Shown here: in pieces, positions 1 to 12,353 of the stretch
Layout: every line of letters begins with the position of its first letter
How positions within the stretch are numbered: position 1 is the first letter of the stretch
Assembly: GCA_000697335.1 (NCBI GenBank)
Contig: JNEM01009956.1
Span: forward strand, 1-54,670
DNA: 54,670 nt
Source: Conidiobolus incongruus B7586
Lineage: Eukaryota
Direction of reading: 5' to 3'
Translations under genes and position numbers: made by a program
Notes under the pieces: model-generated
The model's input: the letters and a program-made list of their open reading frames with translations, nothing else
The model's database searches: none
What the model was told of the DNA's origin: nothing

Positions 1-3000
1 GAAATTCAAATTGTTTCCTATCAGTTTTCCCTCTAGCAGACCATCCTTCAGAGAGAATGACACGGCAACCTGAATCAACAACTGCATCGATAATTGTTTG
101 TGTTAATTGGTCAGGATCTTGGACTACAATTGATCCAAAGCCAATATACACTGGGGGTTTGTCACCTTCTTTAATAAAATCAACCAAGTCTTGAGGAGGA
201 GTCCAGTTGAGATCGGGTTGATCTAAAAACCAATACCCACAAGGATGAATCCAATCATGCCAATCAGACGGAGGAGGAACAATTGATGGAGAGAATGAAT
301 ACAGAAATGGGACTTTTTGAGGCTCAAGCTGATCAATACTGATTGCTGGTAAACCAAGTGTTTTTTTTCGCCATTTATTGATCTGAGATGAGGTTCCGGT
401 CCATAGTACTTGTTCAATTACCATATATGTCATCACGTTGTAGCTTCCTCCCATTCTTCGGCCAGCAACAGCAAAGGGGTGTGGAAAATTTTTTGTCCTA
501 GTCCATGGGAAAGGAAATGATCCAAAATAGGGGACATCTAACTTTTCAGCGATGTGGATTCCTGCCATGGCACTTGGTGATTCAATGATGAGATCAGTTC
601 CCTAAAAGATTCAGATGTTTAATATAATAATATAATAATACTAAAGAATCTAAATTAATTTACTTGGCAAGCTGCCCACGCTGTTTCTAGTAGTTCTTCA
701 ATCCATCCTTTAAATGTGGTTAAACCTTCTTTGATAAAGGCAATACTAAACATTCCGTGATCAACACAAAGCTTCATTAAATCAGAGGGGTCTCCGGCAA
801 CTGGTTTAAATTCTATATCATGTTCTTCAACCCAATTTCTATACTCTTCATGAGTTGCAATTCTACATCGATGACCATGTTTTTGGAGGCCTTTACAAAG
901 TGCTATATATGGTTGAACATCTCCTCTAGTACCGATAGTTAAGCAAGTGATATGCATAGGTCCAGGTGAAGGATGCTTATGAGACATAGCTTTATTTGTA
1001 ACAATAGGGAGTTCTATTACAAATTTAATAAAAGTTAATATGCAGAAAATAATTTATATTACCACTTAGATCAGGTCGATATAGGTCTGTATCATCTTGT
1101 TCAGCGTATAGAGCGGTAGCGAATCTAGAAAAAATTGAGGATAAGTATACTTTAAAATACAATACTATATAAAATAATAGCAAAACTTACTTATTCATAT
1201 CCATTGATCCCACACTGTATGAAAGCTTATCATTCTCATCAGAATCTGAATCCAAGAGAGCTTCATTATTTAGATTTTGAAGATTTTGCTGTAAGACTTC
1301 AAGACATTCATCTCTTCTATGTGAGTATCGGAATTCTAAAAATAGCTATATAAAAGATCAACATTTGGTTACACAATATTAAACTTTTGATATTACTTGA
1401 TGCGAATTTTTGGTAGAAATTTCGAGAGCATAGCTCAAAATACGGATACCAGGTTGTGGCTGGACTTGGATAATATCAGTCAAGGGAACTATAGATTTGA
1501 TTCCCACTCCTGTTAAAGTACATTGGAAACAAAAATAGTTTTGAGTTATATAACATCTTCCCCATCTAGGTATAACTTTAAGCAATAGACAACCAAAACT
1601 AGCCTGGAGACGCTCTCCTTCAGGTAATACAAAGTCGTCATAAAATGCAGAATCTTTTGATTCAGGATTAGGGGATGAAGGTCTTAAAATACTAGAAGAA
1701 GAAAACGATAGTTTGGGAGGAGAAACGGATTTGATTGTATCTTCAATAACATCAGGTAATTTAAGCCAAGATAAACGTTTTTTTGACTTGTCCTTTGATG
1801 ATTCTGTAGAATCTTCACTGTCATTGTTATTTTGAGAATTCGGAGCTAATAAATTAGATGGAGAAGACTGGGTGTGACGATGGCGAGAATCACCCTCTGA
1901 CTTGAGTGAAGGAAATGAAACAAATTTAGGTGAACCTAGAGAGCCTAATGATCCTTGATCTGAAAGGAAATTTTGAGGAGAGGTGGGTAATGAAAGAGTC
2001 GAAGCTTCATTGTTAGATAAATAATTAGAATCATCTTGAGAAGTGTTGGATTCGCGATTGAAATCTTCAGAATCTGCGCTAGATGATAAATTTTGACGAT
2101 TTACTTCTGGATGTAAATTACAATATTCTTCATAGGCGTTTCGTATTGAAGCTACAGCATCATCTCCTTGATCGAAAAATATAAAATAATGCTAAATTTA
2201 TATAATTTTAAAGATATTAAGTATTCAGTTACAAAAAATATATAATTATCATACCTCATCAACTGCAAATGAATTTTCAACTGATTTGATTCTAACACTG
2301 TCAGCGAAATTAAAAGCAGGATTGATTTCAATATCGACCATATATTGAATTGGAATAACAATCTAATAATATTATAATAGTGCTGTTAATAAATTAACTA
2401 AATGGTTAATGTAAAATAATTACTTTTACTTGGTTCTTATTATTTATCTTAAAAATAGCTCTTTGAATAGCTGTGACCCTATATATCATATCAAGATTAG
2501 CATATATGAGAGAAATAAGGTTCGGAAAATAATACCATTCATTTAGTAGCAATTGAGTATCAGCTTGCAGCATAAATTTCTGTTCGTCATTGGTGATGAG
2601 AGTAAACCCGTTCTTTCTGACTTGAGATTTTCGAATAATATTTATATTCTTGAGATCAATTATATGATAGGGATAATACAAATCCTATAATCAATTTAAC
2701 AGTTAGCTTACTGTGATGATTGGAATAAGGATATTGCAAATCGATTACTGTTGAATCTTCATAATAGCAAAGTGAATGTTCCGTTAAAACAAACCAATAG
2801 GTTGTATAATATGCTGCAGTATTCCTTTTATTTAAAAATCCTGATTTAATTACTTCATTCTAATAAAAAGAATCATATGTTAGTATAGGATCAAATTATA
2901 ATATTACAAACTATTAATTTACTTTTTCCTTTGGAACTTTTCCGTGGAATAAAATATATTCATCGGTAAGGTACATAATGCCTTTTAATAACACTGTACT

Positions 3001-3632
3001 CATCCACCAACAACCAAATTCTATATATGAAATCAAAATATTAGGATATAGGATTTTTATATGATATTAATATTGTAATCAATTATACTTACGTTGGATA
3101 ACATTAAGTTCTTTAGCATCTTGATTTAAATCAAATAATTTATTCAGTTGTTGAGATGTTAATGACTTGATATTTCGAGATTTCTCATTTTGTGAAGGTT
3201 CTTGGTCAATAGAAATATTAGGTATCGAACTACTAGGATTTTCAGATATATTTTCAATCTCTAAATTATTAAGTGTTAAATTAAATGAGCCAAATTTCTA
3301 GTATACATAAATGAGTATACCTGGTAGTTTATTCTCTGAACTTGAGCTATCATCATTCATAAGGATCTGGCTAATAATTAATTTGTTTGTGGGACAGCGG
3401 TAGGGAGCTTCCTATAAAATAATTAAATATGAGTAACTTCATTCAATTTCTAATGATAGTAATTTATCATTTTAAATATTTTATATAATTATATTATAAG
3501 ATTAGTAGCAAATAATTTTTACAAAAATTAAAAATCAGATTTTTAATTGACTCAGAAATATAACCAACAAAATGAATTATATATGTAAGTAATGAGGAAA
3601 TGGATTACCTCCTCTATATAAGGTTCAGCCAT
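1..3632 (-). CDS. ATG26: Sterol 3-beta-glucosyltransferase (GRAM-PH-GRAM-GT28), multi-exon, 3' end beyond window start
   Basis: Exons translate to a GRAM motif ([22 protein letters not shown]), a PH domain, a second GRAM ([19 protein letters not shown]) and UGT51 signatures [39 protein letters not shown] and [17 protein letters not shown]. The start is either ATG 3632 (MAEPYIEE, spliced in frame over intron 3412-3608) or ATG 3360. Confidence 0.92.
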
Positions 3633-5119
3633 AATATTATGTAAATTGGATTAATAGCTACAAAATATTTAATTGATGTCCAAAACTTTTAGAGATTAAA
3701 ATTGAAATATTGAATTAGGGACAGTGTCTTAATAATGAATTAATCAATCACATAAACCAATTGGGAAATTTACTGTTTTGATCGATTGAATTAATGAGGT
3801 GAATTCACTATCAGTTTTAAATAAAAAATGATCAGATAAATGACTTTCAAATTGGTGCATATATACTGCAAGTTTCGGATAATCTTAATATTTTCAGGGT
3901 TCTATTCTCACTTTGCTTAATTTTACAATTGGCACCATTTAAGTAGTTGATTCGGCTTAATTTCATGTTTGGGGTTTTCTTCTCTAATAGATTATATCAC
4001 CAGGAAACATTGCTGATATCTTCTAGTATCTAATGATTAATTTTACAATAATGATAATAGTTTAAATTATACGAATTATCATAGAAAGTTAAATGAATTT
4101 TGAATCAAATAAAAATATTTTCTCATATTAAATGGTGACTGCATATTGCTGAAATTATTAGATCATCAATTTTGAAAGGTTAATATATTTTTCATTTAAG
4201 ATATAATTTGTGAATTCAATCAATATATATAGTAGTTAATAGAAGTATAATAGATGATGATGATTAGCCAACATTAATTTCTTTTATATACTTATATTTT
4301 ATTTTTTCACATTCTTTAGGATGTTTTAAATACACAAGCTATAAATGAAAAAAAATATGAAAAATTATTTCCAAAACGAAGGCCATTATTAGTATAATAG
4401 ATTTCTTACAAATATAGCTCTTATATACATCTGATAAATTGATGGCTTATAGTATTCATCGCAATTGAAAGTGGTTATATTTGTAATATTTTTGTAATTT
4501 CAATATTTTCCAATCTGAAATTTTTCATTTTCAATCGATTTTTCAGGATATTGATAGTATAAAATATTTTGCAAAATAAAATTATTTTATTTTATATTTT
4601 TAACTATTATTTATTTGATTGATATTAGAAAAGTAAATTAAATATTAAAATTTATTGGTTTTGATCAATGATCAAATCGAGATTCATACAGACGTGGCCA
4701 ATTTAAAATGTAAATAATCCTTCATATTGAATGCAAACCAAAAGTGCTTATGACAGCTACTTAGAATTTTTATTATATCAAAATATTTTATAAATAATAA
4801 ACTATGGAACTTTATTAAAATTGTATTATTTTTCAGCTCTTTAAATTTTTCGAATTATGATATAGTATCAATCAATAATTAAATTTTACATGTGTAAAAT
4901 TGTCTTTTCAAAATTCAAAATAACAAAGAATATTCTAGCACAAGCAAATACAAAAAGAGTCATACAAATGACGAATTAAAACAAGCATCGATTGATACTA
5001 AAATCTGGTGCATGCTATTTATTTATAATGTCTTAAAGAATATATAAACCCTTGGTCGAATGTTGTTTTTGTTTCAAAGCAAACAAGTCACTTTGAACAT
5101 TTCAATTAAAATATGCCAA

Positions 5120-5152
<33 letters not shown>
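5120..5152. repeat. (TAA)n microsatellite
   Basis: About 11 tandem ATA/TAA units read directly. Confidence 0.9.
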
Positions 5153-5153
<1 letters not shown>

Positions 5154-6013
5154 TATCACTAATTTTAAATGTAATTTTAATAATGTTTAAATAGGATATA
5201 TTATAGTTGGATGAATATTTTATTCCTTAAAATTTAATCACTTTTAAAATTTACTATTAATCTTTCATGAGTTATTCCAAAATTTTAAATTTCTTGCTAT
5301 TTATATGATTATTAATATTATAGCAAATATCTAATATATATATCAATCGTGTATTATATTAATCGCTCTAAATTAACTGTCCGCTATTAATTTCAGTTAA
5401 ATATTAATATTCATGAAATTGATCTTGAAATATTATTCAATAAAGATATATTTGTGTTAGAATGATGAAGACAATAAAATCTAAACATCAATTTGTCAAA
5501 TATCCATTTGAGGTAATTAAAATATCTTTGGGTTATCAATTTTAAACTGTAATTATCTTCAAGCTATTACTCTATTTAATAAAATCAGGTTTTATTAATA
5601 TTAAGTTTCTCAAATTACTTGGCTTTTATAGCATAAAATTAAATAGGATTTTTAACTCGCAAAATATCAAATTATCTGATATATTCGAACAAAAGTCCTA
5701 TCAAATGTTAATTAATTTATAATTTTCTAGTTTACAAACTATATCAATGAACACATTGATAATCTAAGTTTTAAAATTTAATAGTAGCTGATGTATTAAT
5801 ATATTTATTTCTATTACCATTTTATTTAGTTGATGAGTTACTGAATCATTCATTTCAGATAATATATAAAAATATTCAAATGAATCAAAACCAGCTTCAG
5901 AAATTGTAAGCAACTTCTCCAACGAGCAAAAAGTCAAATCGCTTGCCAAAATTATTCAAATATACAATTTTTGTTAACAGTTATTGTATCAAATATCGTA
6001 ATGTTAAATTTAT

Positions 6014-8913
6014 TTATCTCTGTTTATCTCTATGAGTAAATTTCAACAACAAAAAAGCCACAACCCACCAAAATGCGCAAATATAGAGCATATTCATAAG
6101 ATTAGAAGGAATAGTATCATTGATATAAGCATATTTTTTTCTTCCCTTCATTGTAGGGTCTAAATGTAGTCGATTTTCGGTTTCAGCCAGATAAAAAGAA
6201 CTGATCGCCCACCTGGGTGCACTCACATTCCACAACCAAAGAAATTTAGGACCCCATTCATCCCGAACATGATTGAGGTTGGGTTCCACTCCACCAAAGG
6301 TCATTACCCATATTAAGATATTGGCTACACCAAAAAGTCCTGCGTATTTAGGACCAACTAAAATGGAGATCCAATAGCCCGAAACAAATCCAAATAAATA
6401 AAGACAAAAATTAATTTGCAACAAATCAGAAATATTGGCAGCATTTGGATATACTGTGACAAATGTCAGAGTGAAAGAAACACAAGCCATGCATACTCGA
6501 AAAAGATCCACAATTGTTTTGGCCATAAAATATGGAAATGATTTAAGTCCAGCAAATGCTTCTCTCCAATAAACAGTTCTTTCAGACCCAAATGTATTAA
6601 CACCTGAGGTATACCCAGCAAATGTGATTGCAATGTTACAAAAAGTTGCTATAAATGGAATGTGATCTAATATGGGCTGAAAACAATGTTTTATCAAAGG
6701 TAATGTGGTGACTTTACAGATATCTTCTGGAATTGGCCCAAGGAATATCGAGTGCTGAACGGTAAAAGCGATTGCCAAGCCGCATCCCATATTCAGTGCT
6801 TGTTCGCCCAATATAGACCAAACTGACTGAAAGGTCTGTGCAAATGCTCTTTGAAAGCAAAGAATAAATGTTTTGATAAATCCAATATTGTATTTAGCGA
6901 CATCTGGATCTTCATTAAAAGGTATCCAAGTTATCATTTCGTCCAAAATCGAGTAGTACCAAGATCTCAATTGGTAAAATGGATTGAAGATTAATTTCAT
7001 CTTTGCTTCAAAAGATAGACGTCCAGGTGGCTCTTTACGGTCTTCTGGGCTAAGGTTTGTGTTTTTCAAATTTTTGATATACTTGTTGTAAATATCCTGA
7101 ACCACAGGAGTAAATTCCTGGAAATTTGGCTTAAACTCTGAGTTCTTAAGTTCTTCTTTGTAAATAGAATAGTAACGACTCCATATATTTTGCATTAGTG
7201 GAATGGAAATGAACTCGTATAAACTACTATGAATTTTGTCGGTTAAAATTTCTAAATAAAACTCTGGTGGTGTTAAATCATCTGGGCATTTGAATCCTAA
7301 GTTTTCAAAATATGATGTACACCATTTCGTTGGTCCACAATAAACTATTCTTCCACCATTACCTAATAATATTATATCATCAAAGCAATTCAAAGTTCGA
7401 ACTGAGGGAGAGTGAATCACAGCCACCACTGTTAATACTTCTTCTTTAGCAGCCGAATGGATTATCGAGCATATTTGGGATGCTGTACTTGAGTCGAGAC
7501 CGGAAGTAGGTTCATCTAAAAGTAAAACTCTTGGATCACATACTAGTTCCATCCCAATATTTACTCTTTTCTTTTGCCCTCCAGAAATACCTCTTTCTTC
7601 ATCATTCCCAATTCTCTGGCCCTTAACTTTATCTAAACCTAGAAAATGTATTACTTGATCGATTTTTCTTAACTTATTCTGATAGCACATATCATTAGGA
7701 AGTCTCAGCATAGCTGAATAGTAAAGAACCTGATAAACAGTTAACTGAGTAAGCATTATGTCACTCTGAGGGACAATGGTAATTTTTTTTCTGTATTTTT
7801 TAAAGTTAGTATCTCCATTTAATTTTATGGAGCCAGAAGATGGTTTAAGTTTTCCAATTAATGTATCTAATAAAGTAGATTTTCCAGCTCCTGAAGGGCC
7901 CATAATCGCACAAAGTCTTCCAGGATAAACAGCACCGGAAGCATCGTTTAATATAGAATCTCCTGAAGGAAGTTTGATAAATATATTGTTAAATTCGATG
8001 AGAATAGGATCATGCTCTTCGGATTCAACTAAATTTTCACTCGCTATTATAGAAGATGTTTCATCATAAACTTTAATTTCTCGATTTACTATCGCTTTTG
8101 TTTGTCCTCTGAAATATTCTACGATTATAACTAATACAATTAATGTTATAAAACTTAATAAAATGTCATATTTTCTAATTGTATGAGATCCAGGTGGGCA
8201 TCTACCAAAATGGCATGTACCAGGATTTATACTACCTAAAAAAGGTTGTAAGTTGATTATAACAAATATAAGGCATTTGAAAATACCAGGCTGACAATAT
8301 TTTCCTTCAGGGCAAAGAATTGTTTCCGCTGGGGTTGGACAATAATAGCCACCACAGCAAAAGCTAGGTTGAAAAGTGTTTTTAGGACAATAAAATCCAG
8401 GTGGACAATCTTGAGAATGATTTGGTGCCATACAAAATTTTCTAAAGCAAAAATTAGATTAATATTGGGAACATTATATACATTTGCATTGACTATATTT
8501 CTATTATGAAAAATCAATATTAATTTACCCAGCTTCGCAGTCCCAAAACTTAGATATTAAACAAAAACATTGAGAATTAATTGTTTTCTAACAATAAATG
8601 AGTTATATGATTAAAATAAAGTAAAATTATTTACATTGGTCCCTTCACATCTTTCATAATCAATTATATTCTTCAGAGTCAGTGAAGAAGTTACAAGTGC
8701 AGAGGAGCCAACTTCAGGTCCTACTTCTTTAGGATAGTCAGCACTACTATTAGATTGATACAAATCCAAATTTAACTCGTCGGGAATTATATTAATTTTT
8801 GGTGGAGTTAATGCTGTTTGTATAACTTCGGGAGGAAATTTATGATCTCCATAAATTTTAGCTATATCAAGTCCAAATAAAAGAAAATAAATTATCGAGT
8901 TAAGCACTTTCAT
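6014..8913 (-). CDS. ABCG-family half transporter with signal peptide and Cys-rich extracellular N-terminus, multi-exon
   Basis: Signal peptide MKVLNSIIYFLLFGL, then GFYCP/GYYCP/GKYC Cys repeats and a TM helix. The NBD has Walker A GPSGAGKST, signature ISGGQKKRV and Walker B LLLDEPTSGLDS, followed by an ABC2 membrane domain (ERTVYWRE). The long ORF reads through a probable 51-nt intron at 8236-8286. Confidence 0.92.
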
Positions 8914-10174
8914 ATGTATATTCCATTCAATAGAATAAAACTCTCAATGTTTTTTATTCAGTTTTTCCACGATAGCCAATACAACCTATCAAAGAAAATT
9001 TAATATAAATAAAATAGATTATCTTGAACAAATAGTCAATTTAATACAGCAAAATATCAATTAGTAAATTCAATGATATCTGATAGTAGTGTTGAAATCG
9101 CAAATTTTAGTCTCATTTCTTATATTAAATATTAAAAATATTTAATAATAAATTTTGGTATAGGTATGTTCTATTCAGTAATAGAATTAAAGCTTTGAAG
9201 TTGCTGTTTAGAGCGGATTATCGATATAAACATGAAAATTAAAAAATCTTATATATATTATTTATATTTCGTAATAAAAAGTATATATAATAATTGGGAT
9301 TTTGTAATATATAATATAAAATAATATTGTCCTTGTTTGATTAAAGGAAATCATTATATTACCTTGGCAATAATTGGTTGTTAATACAAAACGATTTAAT
9401 CGAACTTAATGATAATTATAGGATTTGTGACTAATGATTTTATGCATATAATATACCAAATGAATTAGATTTAAAAATTAAGGGTTCAACAACTCAATAT
9501 CAAACAAAATGAGCCCTTTCTTTATTTGGTAATCTAATAATAACAATGTAAGTATTTGAATAGTGATGGTCGAAAGTGAAGTCTGGTACATGCTAAGGAA
9601 CTTATTAAAAAAAATACATCAACTATGTCTGATATAACTTTAGAATCATATATAGTTGACCAACTATATTCTATAAAAAATTCAAGCTTGAAAAAATTCA
9701 AATAATAATATTCCATACACAAATTAAATTACAAATTTAGATGATTTTTAAAACATATTGCAAAAGCTAATAAAGTTCTTTGATAAATATTATATAATGT
9801 AGGTTACAAACGATGAAATAAGAGACAACTATCTTGTTGTACTTAGTATTTTGTGAAAATTATCAGATATTCAAATTCCGAAATTGAATCATCAAAATAT
9901 TATCATCCATACTCAAATACTGCAAACATATAGAAAAACTTATACAATGTTAAACCAATTAGTGATTAAATATAGCAATTTTTCAAAATCAATTTGTTAT
10001 AACTTTATAAAAATACATTAGAATTAGTTACATTGTTTGAGACTGATGAACATTAATAATTGACATAATTTAATGAGTGGTTATAATTTAATTAGATACA
10101 GTGTAATAAAATAAATTGAAATTATTGATATGGTGAGTGACTAAGCATCAAATTTAATAAATACTTGGTATAAC

Positions 10175-10722
10175 TGTAACGAGATTAGCTAGGGGTATCA
10201 ATGCCAGCTCTAATATTTCGCCATGATGGTCGGAGATATAAGTGACTATGTGATCTACAACTCTAGGGGCCATGAGGACCAGTTGGGTCGCAATGGCCAT
10301 CCGATTGGGTTCATCATATGGGATTAACTGTAAATTGGGGAGATTAGAACGAATGAGAGACATATTATAAAATTATGTAATAGTGAGTAAAGCTAAATAA
10401 GAAAAGAAATTGTAGCAGAATAAATTTTATTATTCAGATAAGTGAGTAGTATGGTATAACTAGTGATAAATTGGCGGGTGATTTAAGTAACACCAAGGCA
10501 GAGGGGTTACGTTTGGAAGTGTTAGATATGGGAGAGGATAGTTGGTATTAGAGTTGTGAATTTTGAATATGAACCAAAATCAAGCTTCCGTGATAGAAGC
10601 TACTGGTATATTTAAAGGTATTTTAAGAGTTTGCAGGGATGTGGCTGTGCAATGTGTGTCCTTGTGATGATTCACGGGACTGGTTCCTTAATCTTGTTTA
10701 TCCGAAGGAACAGGATGCGACA
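10175..10722 (-). mobile_element. Solo LTR (548 bp) of an LTR retrotransposon
   Basis: GC-richer island beginning TGTAAC (10175) and ending GCGACA (10722), flanked by identical 5-bp ATAAC (10170-10174 and 10723-10727). Minus-strand TATA-like TAAATATA near 10610 and AATAAA near 10430 give the orientation. Confidence 0.85.
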
Positions 10723-10880
10723 ATAACAATATATTTTAATGATAGAATAAGCTTTATTAATTATTGATATAATTTGAATATCTGTTAGATTGGAAATCAT
10801 CATTGTTGTCAAATCCAATTTAATATGATTGGTTCTCAATATTCTAAATTTTCGTGACTTAGACTTTGAAAAAGTTAATT

Positions 10881-11619
10881 TTATTGATATGCTTCATTAA
10901 AGAAATCAAATTCTAATTCCATAGCTTTTAAATAGTTTGACTTGCACAAGTTGGCGATTTCTTCGGTTTGGTACACTGGCATATTGACAATTTCATCGTA
11001 AGTACTTTCGATTTCTTTAGTGACTTGTAAAAACTCTTCACCTCCATACTTGTTAATCCAACGTTGGAATTCTTCGGGTGGGTTTAATTTTTCGATTTCT
11101 AAGGCCTTTTTCAACTCTTCACCAACGAAGGCATAGAGTCTGGCACATGGTAAAATGGCAGCAACTAAACATGGTAAGGGCTGAGTATTACCACATTCAA
11201 GTAAAAAGTTGGTGTATGCGATTGTTGCTGGCAAAAGGGTGTGATCAGCGGATTGAGTATCATGATTCCACTTACTTGCTAATCCCTTATGTAACTCCAT
11301 TTCCTCAAAAATACTCTTAAGGAAAGTGTAATACTTATAAATGAGTGCTTTGGTAGGGGACTTGGCTAGACAAAACGCATAAGCTTGAGCGTAGGTTTCT
11401 AGATAGGTATAATCTTGAGCGATGTAATGTGCGAATTTCTTTACGGATAAAGTAGTTTCCGGGGTACGGGCCAATAAACCTTGAACGAAATCACAGTTTA
11501 AACTCTTTAAACCTAAATCATAGTGCAATTCCCAAAGCTCTTCAGAACTATATTTAACTATTTATAATTAATTAATAAATTTTATCAAATATCTAATGAA
11601 ATCTCTAACCTAAAGTCAT
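10881..11619 (-). CDS. tenA: Stand-alone TenA/thiaminase II (aminopyrimidine aminohydrolase) family protein
   Basis: Motifs FAHYIAQDYTYL, EEMELH, AAILPCARLYAF (catalytic Cys), RWINKY and MELEFDFF. A tiny first exon (ATG ACT TTA G at 11619) is likely, but its splice phase is unresolved. Confidence 0.85.
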
Positions 11620-12353
11620 TTGATTTCAATTAATTCTTTTCAAAAAAGAATGTGTAAATGACTGATCATACAACTATATATATTATGTCATTTTATCCGG
11701 TTAAAATTCATTTATGTTTATTGATTCACTAATTTTATTTTTCTTAAATATTATCAGTGAATCAACTTTCAAAATTTGAAAATTAAATTTTAAAACATTG
11801 GATCTTATCAGGTGCAAATAACATCATTATATACTTTATTTGATCTGAAATATCCGAAATCTTTTGAAATCGATATTAGAAGATTCAAAATAGTATTATA
11901 AAAGATTTTGAATCTTTTATGTGATATCTAATAGTGAAATTTTGCAATTCCTAAATATATGAATTATTTTATGTTAATCTTGAAAAATCGAAATAGAACA
12001 TGGGAATATGAGGTTGGTGAAAAAATAAATTATCATTAATATCATTATTTGGCTGGGTTAAAAAGTTTGGCATTAAGCATTATAGAGTTTATAGAATTGC
12101 TAATATTTTATAATTCATATTGAGATTTACTCAAATGAAATTTCCAAATTTTCAATCCGAACTGGGTTGGTAATTCAGAGAATACAGTAGTGATATTATT
12201 ATAGTATTTTATTATTAAATACATTTTGATTCCAATTTAACGTTGATAAATTCAAAAAATATAGTCAGTTAAAAAGATCAGCAGTTCAATTTAAAATGGT
12301 ATAATTATTATTATTATTTTACTCAATTAATTGATTTTAATATTTCGTTCCAC

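Noticed and set aside
10380..11800. TPP riboswitch associated with the TenA gene
   Set aside because: No CTGAGA / ATACC / TGAT...TAAT...GCG.AGG aptamer core found on either strand. The GC-rich island downstream is explained as a TSD-flanked solo LTR.
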